NCBI GenBank assembly: GCA_041725955.1
Contig: JBGRQE010000011.1
Location: 348-64,347 of the forward strand
Reading direction: 5' to 3'
From: Bacteroidales bacterium
Lineage (GTDB): Bacteria; Bacteroidota; Bacteroidia; Bacteroidales; JBGRPZ01
DNA: 64,000 nt
Below, piece after piece: positions 46,601-54,942 of this stretch. Below the pieces are notes generated by a model that did no database searches, was not told the DNA's origin, and saw only the letters and a list, made by a program, of their open reading frames with translations. How positions within the stretch are numbered: position 1 is the first letter of the stretch; each line of letters starts with the position of its first letter. Made by a program: the position numbers and the translations under genes.

Positions 46601-48054
46601 CATTTTATGACTGTAATCATGTAATTGAAGACAAGAATCTTAAAATTGAGGTCAATAATACTTTATACTTAAATGACCCAAACAATAATATCATCAGAAA
46701 GATAACCTTAAAAGAGGAAAGCCCTTGGTTTATCGACAAAAACACAAAAGGAAGAACTTTAATTGCTGATAAATTTGAAGGTTATCAAGATCAAGCAGAA
46801 AATTGGAAATACGGATGCTTTGGAGGAAATCCTGGAAAAGAAAAAGGTAAATGTCTTAAAAATCCAGATTTAAGAATCTCAGAGATTTGTTTTGATAATA
46901 TTAAAGCATTACAATCAAAAGACTGGGTAGAACTTTATAATAATGAAGAAAAAAATATCAATAACTTTAGTTTCTACTTTTCAGATGATGAAGATAAATT
47001 AAAATGTAAAGTCACTATTGAAGAATTAAAATCAAAACAAAGAATAGTATTATGTCAAGATACAAGTTCATTTCATAAATACTTTCCTGATATTCCAATT
47101 CATCACTCACCATTCCTCTTTGGGCTTAATAAAAACGGAGAAACTTTATATCTAAAAGATAAGTTCAAGCAAACATTTTCCAAAGTACATTACTTAAAAG
47201 ATGATACATGGCCAGTCTTTTCAGAAGAGGATAAAGGAAAAACGTTAGAGGCAATTTCAGATTACACAAATGACAAAGAAGAAACAAATTGGTTTTTCTC
47301 ATGTTATGGCGGCACCCCATCCTCTCCTCCTGAAAATTGTTCTTATTCCAAAGATCTTATAATTACAAACGTTTTTTATAATACAAAAAATGATTTTGGT
47401 CAATGGATTATACTCTATAATATATCTGATAGAGAACTAGATTTATCTAATCACAGAATTGAAATCAATAATGAATTCTTCACTTTTAAGAAAGGCTTAA
47501 AACTCTCCGGGAAAAACTATACAATACTTGCTAATCAGGCAAAAAAATTAAAATCAAAATACCCTTATATATATGATATAATTTCTTTAGACTTTGAACT
47601 CGGAGAAGAAAATGAAATCAAAATTTATTCAAATAAATATTTCAATACATATACACTAAACCACACAAATACATTCCCATGGCCAGATAGCTTAAGCTTT
47701 TATAATTCAAGTATGGAATTAAAAAAGCCATATAAGAATATGGAAGATCCTGCAAACTGGAAAAGAGGAAAAAGCGAAATATTTTATGTTAACATAGATC
47801 CTATTAAACAAAACTCTGAAAGTAGAATTAACTTCAAGATATTACCGAATCCCAACTCTGGTTCCTTTACCATAAACTTGAGTCAGATAAAAGAGCAAGA
47901 ATATAATTATACAATTTATTCCTTAGATGGACGAATTCAGCAAAGAGGAAATCTTCGGTCGCAAAACATTTACTTCTCAAAGAAAGGAATATATATTTTA
48001 GAGGTAAATGACGATAATTATTGCTACGGACGTACAAAATTAGTCGTATATTAA
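43624..48054 (+). CDS. Secreted CotH-kinase-family protein with four lamin-tail domains and a T9SS C-terminal sorting domain
   Basis: 1476 aa with a signal peptide. LTD-like segments at about aa 20-95, 925-990, 1080-1145 and 1230-1290 (ITINEV...WIEIYN ; IYFSEICF...WIELLN ; LRISEICF...WVELYN ; LIITNVFY...WIILYN). CotH core around aa 480-760 (GNWSRALPQKSFRL, VIRNSGNDF, INEEYWGLQYIREK). FHFTLDGSEP marks a chitobiase/Fn3-associated-like domain. The C-terminus LPNPNSGSFTINL...GIYILEVNDDN...KLVVY is a type A T9SS CTD. Confidence 0.8.
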   Translation: MKNLLSIITFILLSFNLFGQITINEVCKNNSTTIKDEDKEASSWIEIYNYGKEKVKLENYYLSDDQYNPLKWQLPKIEINPESFEVIFCSKKNRRASVNHWINPVTSQSSWLYFTTKKEIDSDWMTPSYKPDHKWKTGKMPIGYGDNNDITIVEDDKNVFARFEFQVSDTANIQCALLHMDYDDATVVYINGIDVYRKDLKHSGKPIVPAQQARAEKEPRLINNLPPLTQMLNQEKAKSVLKKGKNLIAIQVHDNDLNNKENDLSAAFWLSIGYSEKNTEENTIIKNFPYFQPEFHTNFKLGASDNQVILSSKDLSFQETFKVDSTGLDESIIRWTDGQKQIWKTKEATPKSSNNLASVFLNYSNSTVEPSINSGFYDSAIDLLLKSSNEKDIIHFTLDGSEPNISSKIFSKPLNIDKTTVVKVKCYGKNNAPGKTFCYTYIIGEKHDLPTVVISTNPELLFDPITGIYVLGPEGQNWETAKYFANFWKDIEIPVHFDYFDALGKHKFNTKVGAKIHGNWSRALPQKSFRLAKRAKYGNSNLNYPFFEDDNDYNFEDLVIRNSGNDFRLAHIRDVYTQNIILNHSTLDAQKAQAVASYINEEYWGLQYIREKVNVAFLEKHHAVDREKICLLEKNGTVIKGSNKEYIKLIEYVRNHKLENQTEYKYISDRIDISNLIDYSIFQLFFLNSDWPRNNLKLWKAPNTKWKFIPYDLDVTLGYFKTHTYFDQFELLKNNECDFSHLLNKLLKNPSFSRHFILRYTDLLNTALCSDSLKNNLFSLKKKIENEMLKHRERWKDQEISFNWKYDIERIEYFIKYGPSYVFANLKDKFILDEAKDINIITKDNGYIQVNSLIIDKKNWKGKYFRSIPLTFNALPKKGFIFSHWTLNGKKFDKSEHKELEIQFKENDTLEVFFSKDLKKAPPIYFSEICFNQVKDHNCGDWIELLNISKEDYNISNWRIKSASKETYTIPENTILKPNQRLIIAWNKDLFNSFYDCNHVIEDKNLKIEVNNTLYLNDPNNNIIRKITLKEESPWFIDKNTKGRTLIADKFEGYQDQAENWKYGCFGGNPGKEKGKCLKNPDLRISEICFDNIKALQSKDWVELYNNEEKNINNFSFYFSDDEDKLKCKVTIEELKSKQRIVLCQDTSSFHKYFPDIPIHHSPFLFGLNKNGETLYLKDKFKQTFSKVHYLKDDTWPVFSEEDKGKTLEAISDYTNDKEETNWFFSCYGGTPSSPPENCSYSKDLIITNVFYNTKNDFGQWIILYNISDRELDLSNHRIEINNEFFTFKKGLKLSGKNYTILANQAKKLKSKYPYIYDIISLDFELGEENEIKIYSNKYFNTYTLNHTNTFPWPDSLSFYNSSMELKKPYKNMEDPANWKRGKSEIFYVNIDPIKQNSESRINFKILPNPNSGSFTINLSQIKEQEYNYTIYSLDGRIQQRGNLRSQNIYFSKKGIYILEVNDDNYCYGRTKLVVY

Positions 48055-48216
48055 AGAATGGAATTTTGGCTGGATTTTAATTTTAAATTACATTTGTGAA
48101 CTTTTTTTAACCCAAATAAATTATTCATACCCAAAATTTAATAATTATAACGTGAAATAAATAACTGATAACAAGGTTATCTATCTAGTTTTTTTTTGAG
48201 ATGTAAGTTTTGAGGA

Positions 48217-49437
48217 ATGAAGGAAAAAATTACTAAACAAGCTTGGTTAACATTTGCAATAACCAGTATTTATTCGCTAATGCAGTTCTTTTTGCAAGTA
48301 TCTACGGATATGATGGCAGGAGACCTTATGAAATCATTTTCTATTCAAGAAGGAGGTGTAGGAATGATTACTTCGGCTTTCTTTTGGGCATATTTACTTG
48401 TACAAGTGCCTGCAGGGCTATTAATTGATAGATTTAGATTACGGAAAGTTTTAATCTTTTCGGCAGGTCTACTTACCATAGGTTGCGTATTATTCGCGCT
48501 TTCACAGAACTTAAATATGGCGATTGCATCAAGATTTATTATGGGTCTGGGTGCAGGATTTGGCTTTGTCGGAATGCTATTTTCTATTGGAGAATGGTTT
48601 CCGAAGAAGTATTTCCCTGTAATAGTTGGTGCAGGAGAATTGGTGGGTATGGCAGGAACTTCTGCTGGCCAGGTATTTGCTCCACATTTTGTTATAAATC
48701 ACAGTTGGAGATCATTAATGGAACTTATGGCTATCTTAACTGCTGTTATTTGTATTCTGATGATTTTCTTCTTGAGAAACAAAGGTAATCACAGTGGAAA
48801 TAAAGAAATTACTTTCAAAACATTAGGCCATACAATCAAAGATATAGCTAAACAGAGAATAATCTGGGCTTGCGGAATTTTCACTTGCGGCACATTTTCA
48901 TTCTTAACTGTCTTTGTTGATGTTTGGGGAGTTCCATTTTTCGAGAAGGTTTATGGATTAAACTTCATACAGTCAAATCATATTATGGCATTTGTTTTGG
49001 CTGGTATTGCTATAGGGGGACCTTTCCTGGGATGGATTGGAGGTAGAACTCAAAAGATAAAAACCACAATGACCATATCGGGAATTATTTGCCTACTTCT
49101 TACCATTCTAATTATACTTAGAGTAAGCGATTCTGTGATTGTAATAAATGCTATAATGTTTATAACCGGAGTAAGTTGTAGTGCCTACTTATTACCTTTT
49201 ACCTTAGTCGGACAACATGCTCCGGGAAAAGAGCAAGGAAGCTGTGTTGCATTTGCAAATACTCTGGCGTTGTTTGGCGCAGTCTTTTTACAACCCATCA
49301 TAGGGCATACAATAAGCTATCTGAATCAGAGCTATGAAATCAGTAAATCATACTCCATAGCCATTTGGATTTTACCATTATTTATAGGTCTAGCTCTTCT
49401 AAGTTTATTTTGGATTAAAGAGAAGAAAGTTGCTTAA
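48217..49437 (+). CDS. MFS transporter
   Basis: 406 aa with 12 predicted TM segments. An MFS-like motif (GLLIDRFRLRKV) lies between TM2 and TM3. Confidence 0.8.
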   Translation: MKEKITKQAWLTFAITSIYSLMQFFLQVSTDMMAGDLMKSFSIQEGGVGMITSAFFWAYLLVQVPAGLLIDRFRLRKVLIFSAGLLTIGCVLFALSQNLNMAIASRFIMGLGAGFGFVGMLFSIGEWFPKKYFPVIVGAGELVGMAGTSAGQVFAPHFVINHSWRSLMELMAILTAVICILMIFFLRNKGNHSGNKEITFKTLGHTIKDIAKQRIIWACGIFTCGTFSFLTVFVDVWGVPFFEKVYGLNFIQSNHIMAFVLAGIAIGGPFLGWIGGRTQKIKTTMTISGIICLLLTILIILRVSDSVIVINAIMFITGVSCSAYLLPFTLVGQHAPGKEQGSCVAFANTLALFGAVFLQPIIGHTISYLNQSYEISKSYSIAIWILPLFIGLALLSLFWIKEKKVA

Positions 49438-49549
49438 GCGCAAACCCTACTGCAGGGATAAAACACATCAAATAGTGTTTAACCTATAGTATTTCATCGC
49501 AGACATTGAGTTTAGCATTAAATATAAAGTATAAAAAAAGGGATTAGCC

Positions 49550-49583
49550 TCGAATGAAGCTAATCCCTTTTTTCATCCTAAAA
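49550..49583. terminator. Bidirectional intrinsic terminator between convergent MFS and hydrolase genes
   Basis: gggattagc (49550-49558) / gctaatccc (49569-49577), perfect 9-bp stem, flanked by an A-run and a T-run. Confidence 0.7.
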
Positions 49584-49586
49584 ATC

Positions 49587-50888
49587 TTACATATTCCGAA
49601 TAATCCAATACGAAATATCGTCGATAGGTGTTACAAAAACATTTCCAGAACTGCAATATTCTGCAGGAGAAGAAGGCATTCGTCCTCTAACAAAGAGATG
49701 ATTTAGATATGGGTATTTCTTAAGTGTTGCCCCTGCTTTATAATCTTTCAGGTTGAAATCCCAGATATTAAAATCAACATCAGTTGTTTTGTAGTCTCTA
49801 TCGCCCCAAGCAACCATAATAGGTACGTTCAACTTTTTTGCTTCACCAACCGCATCATAGTTTTGCATATTTAACCAGTATGAGTTGGGGAATAAAAGAA
49901 CTCTTTCTTTTGGATTACTTTCTTCATTTAGATTGGCCACAATTTTCATGCTTTTCTTCATTTGAAGCAATCGAGCTTGCTCTGCATCACTCATCTTACC
50001 ATCTAAGTTGGCAATATATCTAATCTGAGAATAAGCAACATCGTATAAAGGACGAACAGCCGGAGCCAATAATACCAAACCCTTCAACTTTCCATAATTC
50101 TGACCAATGCGAGCAGCAAACATTCCGCCTACTCCATGCGCAGCAACAAAGATTTTATTCTTATCTATTTCTGATACAGATTCCATTTGTTGCAATGCAG
50201 CCACTGCATCGTCTACAATTTCTTCATCGAAGTTATTAATTTGTCCCTGACCATATATAAAGTTACGCTTGTCGTAGCGAAAACATGCTATACCATATTC
50301 AGCCATTCGATGTGCAAAATCCTTAAAGAAGTCGCATCTTCCTATTGTACTATTTCTATTTAATGGTCCTAAATCATGAACAAACACAACCAATGGAAAC
50401 TTACCTGTTTTCTTGGGAAGGGTTAAGGTTCCCGATAAATCAGTACCTTTGCTATTGAAGGTAATTTCTTTCTCGAAAATTGATTTTGAGTCTATAAACT
50501 CATACTCTGGCTTTCGTTCGCCTGCCTGGTCAAGCTGAAAGCCCACAACCTCTTCCTCCTGATTCAAGGTTATTCTCATACTTGCCAAGCCTTCTTTAAA
50601 TTTCAAGATTGTTAAATAATCGAAATACTTACCATTTGGTTTCTTATACGATTTTCCAATACTCTCGAAGTCTCCATACATTTGTATAAAGGTCGACCAT
50701 AATTCTTTTACAGATTCTTCCTTTACCCTTTTTTTAAAGTTCTTGGAAAAAAGGGAATGAACCTTCGAAAAGTTATTCTTCTCTAACTCATAAACAACTT
50801 TTTCAACCTTCGGATGTACTGCTTTTGCACTTAAAAAAACAGGTGATAAAGAAAAAACAAGAATCAAATAAAATACTACTCTCTTCAT
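49587..50888 (-). CDS. Secreted alpha/beta-hydrolase-fold protein with an N-terminal DUF3887-like domain; nucleophile Ser apparently replaced by Gly
   Basis: I prefer the ATG at 50888 (MKRVVFYLILVFSLSPVFLSAKA signal); the track start at 50930 is TTG. The nucleophile elbow reads VAAHGVGGMF instead of G-H-S-x-G-G. Asp (WGDRDY) and His (YLNHLF) positions are retained. Confidence 0.7.
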   Translation of the reverse strand: MKRVVFYLILVFSLSPVFLSAKAVHPKVEKVVYELEKNNFSKVHSLFSKNFKKRVKEESVKELWSTFIQMYGDFESIGKSYKKPNGKYFDYLTILKFKEGLASMRITLNQEEEVVGFQLDQAGERKPEYEFIDSKSIFEKEITFNSKGTDLSGTLTLPKKTGKFPLVVFVHDLGPLNRNSTIGRCDFFKDFAHRMAEYGIACFRYDKRNFIYGQGQINNFDEEIVDDAVAALQQMESVSEIDKNKIFVAAHGVGGMFAARIGQNYGKLKGLVLLAPAVRPLYDVAYSQIRYIANLDGKMSDAEQARLLQMKKSMKIVANLNEESNPKERVLLFPNSYWLNMQNYDAVGEAKKLNVPIMVAWGDRDYKTTDVDFNIWDFNLKDYKAGATLKKYPYLNHLFVRGRMPSSPAEYCSSGNVFVTPIDDISYWIIRNM

Positions 50889-51043
50889 AATATAACGTTT
50901 TGTCATCAATTTTTTTGCTTGAGCTTTCAAATTTCAAACATTGTTTCTAATTTTCCAAGTAACCATTTCCGTTTCTATAAAAAAGATTGTAATTGATATA
51001 GAAAGATGATAATTCTCATTCAGCACAGAAATAATATATTTCT

Positions 51044-51051
51044 TAGTTTTG
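51044..51051 (+). promoter_or_regulatory. -7 promoter box TAGTTTTG
   Basis: Exact TAnnTTTG match 24 nt upstream of the ATG at 51075. Confidence 0.35.
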
Positions 51052-51074
51052 TAGAAAAGTAAATTTATATCTCA

Positions 51075-52922
51075 ATGTCAGAAGCTCAATATACTGAAGA
51101 AAGTATCCGATCGCTTGATTGGAAAGAACATATACGACTACGTCCCGGTATGTATATCGGAAAACTAGGAGATGGCTCCTCTCCCGACGATGGGGTTTAT
51201 GTACTGCTGAAGGAAATCATCGATAACTCAATCGATGAATATGTTATGGGATATGGGAAAAAAATTGAGATTACCATTTCAGACGATATAATTCAAGTTA
51301 GAGACTTTGGACGAGGAATGCCTCTTGGAAAGGTTATTGATTGTGTTTCGAAAATTAACACCGGAGCAAAGTACGATTCGAAGGTTTTTAAGAAAGCCGT
51401 CGGACTAAATGGTGTTGGAACAAAGGCTGTAAATGCATTATCAGAATTCTTTCAGGTAGATGCTTTTCGCGATGGGCAATCAAAGAAAGTTACGTTTCAA
51501 CGTGGTGTTATTACTTCCGAAGAGCTTATTCAGAATTGTGAGGAAGACAATGGAACCAAAATCTCTTTTATTCCAGACAAGCAAATATTTGGAAGCTATC
51601 ATTACATCTCAGACTTTATTGAAGAAATGTTATGGAATTATGCCTTCCTCAATTCTGGACTAAAGATTTATTTGAATGGAAAGAAATTTCAGGCTAAAAA
51701 CGGACTGTTAGACCTTCTTAACCATAATATTGATAAGCAAGAGAACATAATTTACCCATATATTCATATTCAGGAAGACGACTTTGAATGTGCCATAACT
51801 CACTGCGAAAAGCAGTATAGCGAAATCTACTACTCTTTTGTAAACGGACAACACACAACCCAAGGTGGAACTCACGAAGCGGCATTTAAAGAAGGTATTG
51901 TAAAAACCATTCGTGAGTTTTACAATAAAAACTACGACACTTCCGATATTCGCACTGGTTTTGTTGCTGCCTTAAGCCTGAAGGTTCAGGAACCCGTGTT
52001 CGAATCTCAAACCAAAACTAAACTAGGATCTCAACACATGGAGCCCGAAGGGGTTACCATACGTACTTACATTGGTGATATTCTGAAACGTAAGCTCGAC
52101 AATTTCCTTCATATTAATTCTGATACTGCCGAAGAACTTCAAAAGAAAATTGTTAAATCGGAAAAAGAACGTAAGGAACTTGCTGGCATAAAGAAATTGG
52201 CGAAAGACAGTATAAAGAAAGCCAGTTTGCACAACAAAAAGCTTAGAGATTGCCGTGTTCACAGAAACAGCAAGAATGAATTGCGATTAAATTCAACCTT
52301 ATTTATTACCGAGGGCGACTCTGCAAGTGGTTCAATAACAAAATCGAGAGACGTAAACACTCAGGCCGTATTTAGTTTAAAGGGAAAACCGCTAAACTGC
52401 TACGGGCTAAGCAAGAAGATTGTTTATCAGAATGAAGAATTTAATCTGCTTCAATCTGCGTTAAACATCGAAAATGGTATTGAGAATCTTAGATACGACA
52501 AAATTGTAATTGCAACTGATGCCGATGTCGATGGCATGCACATACGTTTGTTGCTCCTCACCTTTTTCTTGCAATTTTATCCCGATATTGTAAAAGCCGG
52601 GCATGTTTACATTTTGCAAACTCCTTTGTTTAGGGTAAGAAATAAGCAAAAAACAATTTATTGCTACACCGAAGAAGAACGAATTAAGGCCTTAGACACT
52701 TTGGGAAGCAATCCGGAAATTACTCGATTTAAGGGTTTAGGAGAAATCTCGCCCAACGAGTTCAAGAATTTTATCGGAGCAAATATTCGTCTCGATCCAG
52801 TTATACTGAAAAAAGGACATGCTTTAGAAGACATTCTAAAATTCTTTATGGGGAAAAATAGTCCGGAAAGACAAAAGTTCATTATCGACAATCTTAGAAT
52901 CGAAGAAGACATTTCTGCCTAA
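51075..52922 (+). CDS. parE: Type IIA topoisomerase subunit B (topoisomerase IV ParE, short Bacteroidetes form)
   Basis: 615 aa. [38 protein letters not shown] (GHKL ATPase), [14 protein letters not shown], and [10 protein letters not shown]. At ~615 aa the length fits ParE better than GyrB in this phylum. Confidence 0.85.
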   Translation: MSEAQYTEESIRSLDWKEHIRLRPGMYIGKLGDGSSPDDGVYVLLKEIIDNSIDEYVMGYGKKIEITISDDIIQVRDFGRGMPLGKVIDCVSKINTGAKYDSKVFKKAVGLNGVGTKAVNALSEFFQVDAFRDGQSKKVTFQRGVITSEELIQNCEEDNGTKISFIPDKQIFGSYHYISDFIEEMLWNYAFLNSGLKIYLNGKKFQAKNGLLDLLNHNIDKQENIIYPYIHIQEDDFECAITHCEKQYSEIYYSFVNGQHTTQGGTHEAAFKEGIVKTIREFYNKNYDTSDIRTGFVAALSLKVQEPVFESQTKTKLGSQHMEPEGVTIRTYIGDILKRKLDNFLHINSDTAEELQKKIVKSEKERKELAGIKKLAKDSIKKASLHNKKLRDCRVHRNSKNELRLNSTLFITEGDSASGSITKSRDVNTQAVFSLKGKPLNCYGLSKKIVYQNEEFNLLQSALNIENGIENLRYDKIVIATDADVDGMHIRLLLLTFFLQFYPDIVKAGHVYILQTPLFRVRNKQKTIYCYTEEERIKALDTLGSNPEITRFKGLGEISPNEFKNFIGANIRLDPVILKKGHALEDILKFFMGKNSPERQKFIIDNLRIEEDISA

Positions 52923-52948
52923 CACTTCAACAAAGCACTGTTTTCAAT

Positions 52949-53258
52949 GCACCTTGGTGAAGGGATACCAACCACCAAGGTGCAAGGGTAGCTTGCACCA
53001 TAATGCAATGGTTCATCCCTAGTCGAGAGTTACACCCTTGCACCTTGGTGCACGACACCATTCCTAGTCGTTGGTTGCACCCCTTCACCTAGGTGATTTT
53101 TAATTTTCATTAGGGTGCATTTCAATTTTCACCATGGTGCTTTTTAATTTTCATTACGGTGCTTTTTAAAATTCACCTTGGTACTTTTTAATTTTCACCT
53201 TGGTGCTTTTTGATTTTCATTAGGGTGCATTTCGATTTTCACCATGGTGCTTTTAATT
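52949..53258. repeat. ~14-unit 22-bp-period tandem array, locus 3 (CACCWWGGTG-core family) with nested inverted repeats in its 5' part
   Basis: Core starts at 53086, 53108, 53130, 53152, 53174, 53196, 53218 and 53240 are exactly 22 bp apart (CACCTAGGTG, CATTAGGGTG, CACCATGGTG, CATTACGGTG, CACCTTGGTA, CACCTTGGTG, CATTAGGGTG, CACCATGGTG). More diverged cores sit at 52950, 52973, 52996 and 53041. The perfect 17-bp inverted pair 52973-52989 / 53034-53050 is nested inside a 14/16 pair 52949-52964 / 53081-53096. Confidence 0.9.
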
Positions 53259-53262
53259 TATC

Positions 53263-54771
53263 TCAATATAGTTCGCAAAAAGCCTTGGGTAAATAATCGA
53301 TAATATCTGACGCAATCAACGATTCAAAACCTTTATCGGCGGCAGCCAAATCGCCTGAACTTCCATGCAAATAAACCCCTAAAACACAAGCCTCGAAAGG
53401 CGTATACGATTGCGACAACAAGCCCAATAAAATACCAGTAAGCACATCGCCACTTCCTCCTGTAGCCATTCCTGGGTTGCCAGTAGTGTTTAAATAACAT
53501 TCGCCATCAGGAGTAAAAATCATAGTATGAGCCCCTTTTAATATAAGATATACAGAATGTTTTACGGCTAACGCCCTGGCCTTCTCCATTTTGTCGAAAT
53601 CGCTATCCCATTTCCCCACCAATCGTTGAAACTCTCCGGGATGAGGAGTTAAAATACTTCCCGAAGGAAGAAAAGAAATCCATGTTTTGTTTTCAGAAAG
53701 AATATTCAATGCATCGGCATCCAAAATCAATGGATTATCATACTGCTGAATCAATAGCTTTAGCATTCGCATGGTTTTCTCGTCTTTTCCTATTCCCGGA
53801 CCAATTGCTATTGAACTATAATCTAAATCTTTGGGAATTGATGTTAAAACAGAATCATTTTCGTCTAAAGACAACATTGCTTCGGGCACACTCATCTGTA
53901 AAATGTCAATTGCATGATTGGGTATATGAACGCTTAACAGCCCCAAGCCGCTTCTTATGGCTGCCCTGCTACTTAAAACACAAGCCCCCATTTTGCACTT
54001 GCTTCCTGCAAACAACAGTGCATGCCCAAAGGTTCCTTTATGACTAAATTTTGATCTGTGCTTTAATAAAGAAGCAACATTCAATTTTGTCAACACAAAG
54101 TTTTTGCATTCAACCCTATCCAAAAACTCGGGCAAAATGCCAATAGGAATAATTTCCCAATTGCCCACATAAACATCGTTTTCGGGCATAAAGAAAGCCA
54201 ATTTAGGAACCTCAAAGCTAAGAGTATAATCGGCATGAATAATATTGCTGCCCCTTTTTATAGATGTCCGATCAGCAAATAAACCAGAAGGAATATCTAT
54301 AGAAATCACTACAGCCTTCATTGCGTTTATCCTTTTAATCAAATCGCCTAATAATCCTACAATAGGCTTAGACAAACCACTTCCAAACAAAGCATCGACA
54401 ATTAAATCGTCCGAAGAAATATTAGGCACATCATCGCTTGCAGATATTTTAACACAAGATAAATCTACCTCCTGCAGCCTATGTTTGTTATGCAAAAAAT
54501 CATTTGAATAGGAAGAAACGCCATCAAGAATATAAACACAAACCTTATATCCCACAAACTTTAATAAACGGGCAATTACCAAACCATCGCCACCATTATT
54601 GCCCGGTCCACAAAAAACATGAACCGTTTGCTCTTTCTTCAATCTTTTCAAAATCCAATTAAAAGCATTTGTGGCAGCACGCTCCATCAAGTCGACCGAC
54701 GAAATTGGTTCATTCTCTATGGTATAAGCATCGGCTTGACGAATGTTTTCTACAGGAAGTATTTTAATCAT
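53263..54771 (-). CDS. nnr: Bifunctional NAD(P)H-hydrate repair enzyme (epimerase + ADP-dependent dehydratase)
   Basis: 502 aa. The N-terminal YjeF_N part has CGPGNNGGDGLV. The C-terminal carbohydrate-kinase part has KGTFGHALLFAGS, LILDADALN and GNPGMATGGSGDVLTG. Confidence 0.9.
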   Translation of the reverse strand: MIKILPVENIRQADAYTIENEPISSVDLMERAATNAFNWILKRLKKEQTVHVFCGPGNNGGDGLVIARLLKFVGYKVCVYILDGVSSYSNDFLHNKHRLQEVDLSCVKISASDDVPNISSDDLIVDALFGSGLSKPIVGLLGDLIKRINAMKAVVISIDIPSGLFADRTSIKRGSNIIHADYTLSFEVPKLAFFMPENDVYVGNWEIIPIGILPEFLDRVECKNFVLTKLNVASLLKHRSKFSHKGTFGHALLFAGSKCKMGACVLSSRAAIRSGLGLLSVHIPNHAIDILQMSVPEAMLSLDENDSVLTSIPKDLDYSSIAIGPGIGKDEKTMRMLKLLIQQYDNPLILDADALNILSENKTWISFLPSGSILTPHPGEFQRLVGKWDSDFDKMEKARALAVKHSVYLILKGAHTMIFTPDGECYLNTTGNPGMATGGSGDVLTGILLGLLSQSYTPFEACVLGVYLHGSSGDLAAADKGFESLIASDIIDYLPKAFCELY

Positions 54772-54793
54772 AATTATTGAGATGTTTTATTGT

Positions 54794-54801
54794 CAAAATT
54801 A
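54794..54801 (-). promoter_or_regulatory. -7 promoter box TAATTTTG (minus strand) for nnr
   Basis: The + strand shows CAAAATTA, 23 nt upstream of the ATG at 54771. Confidence 0.35.
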
Positions 54802-54913
54802 ATCTTTTGAAGATAACTTAATTTCAGAAAAGGATAAATAGGAAAATAGATACGCAGAATTAAATTTAAACTGCATATTAATTTACTAAGGGTAACGTTT
54901 GAGATAATAATTG

Positions 54914-54921
54914 TAGTTTTG
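54914..54921 (+). promoter_or_regulatory. -7 promoter box TAGTTTTG for rlmD
   Basis: Exact TAnnTTTG match 22 nt upstream of the ATG at 54943. Confidence 0.35.
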
Positions 54922-54942
54922 CCCGAATAATTCTGATTAAGA

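Noticed and set aside
53086-53258. TTTTCACC...GGTG units considered as parS (TGTTTCACGTGAAACA-like) sites, given parAB in the window
   Set aside because: Only the left half resembles parS. The centre carries 4 extra bases, and the right half is GTGCTTTT, not GTGAAACA. No full parS-like 16-mer was found anywhere in the window by eye.
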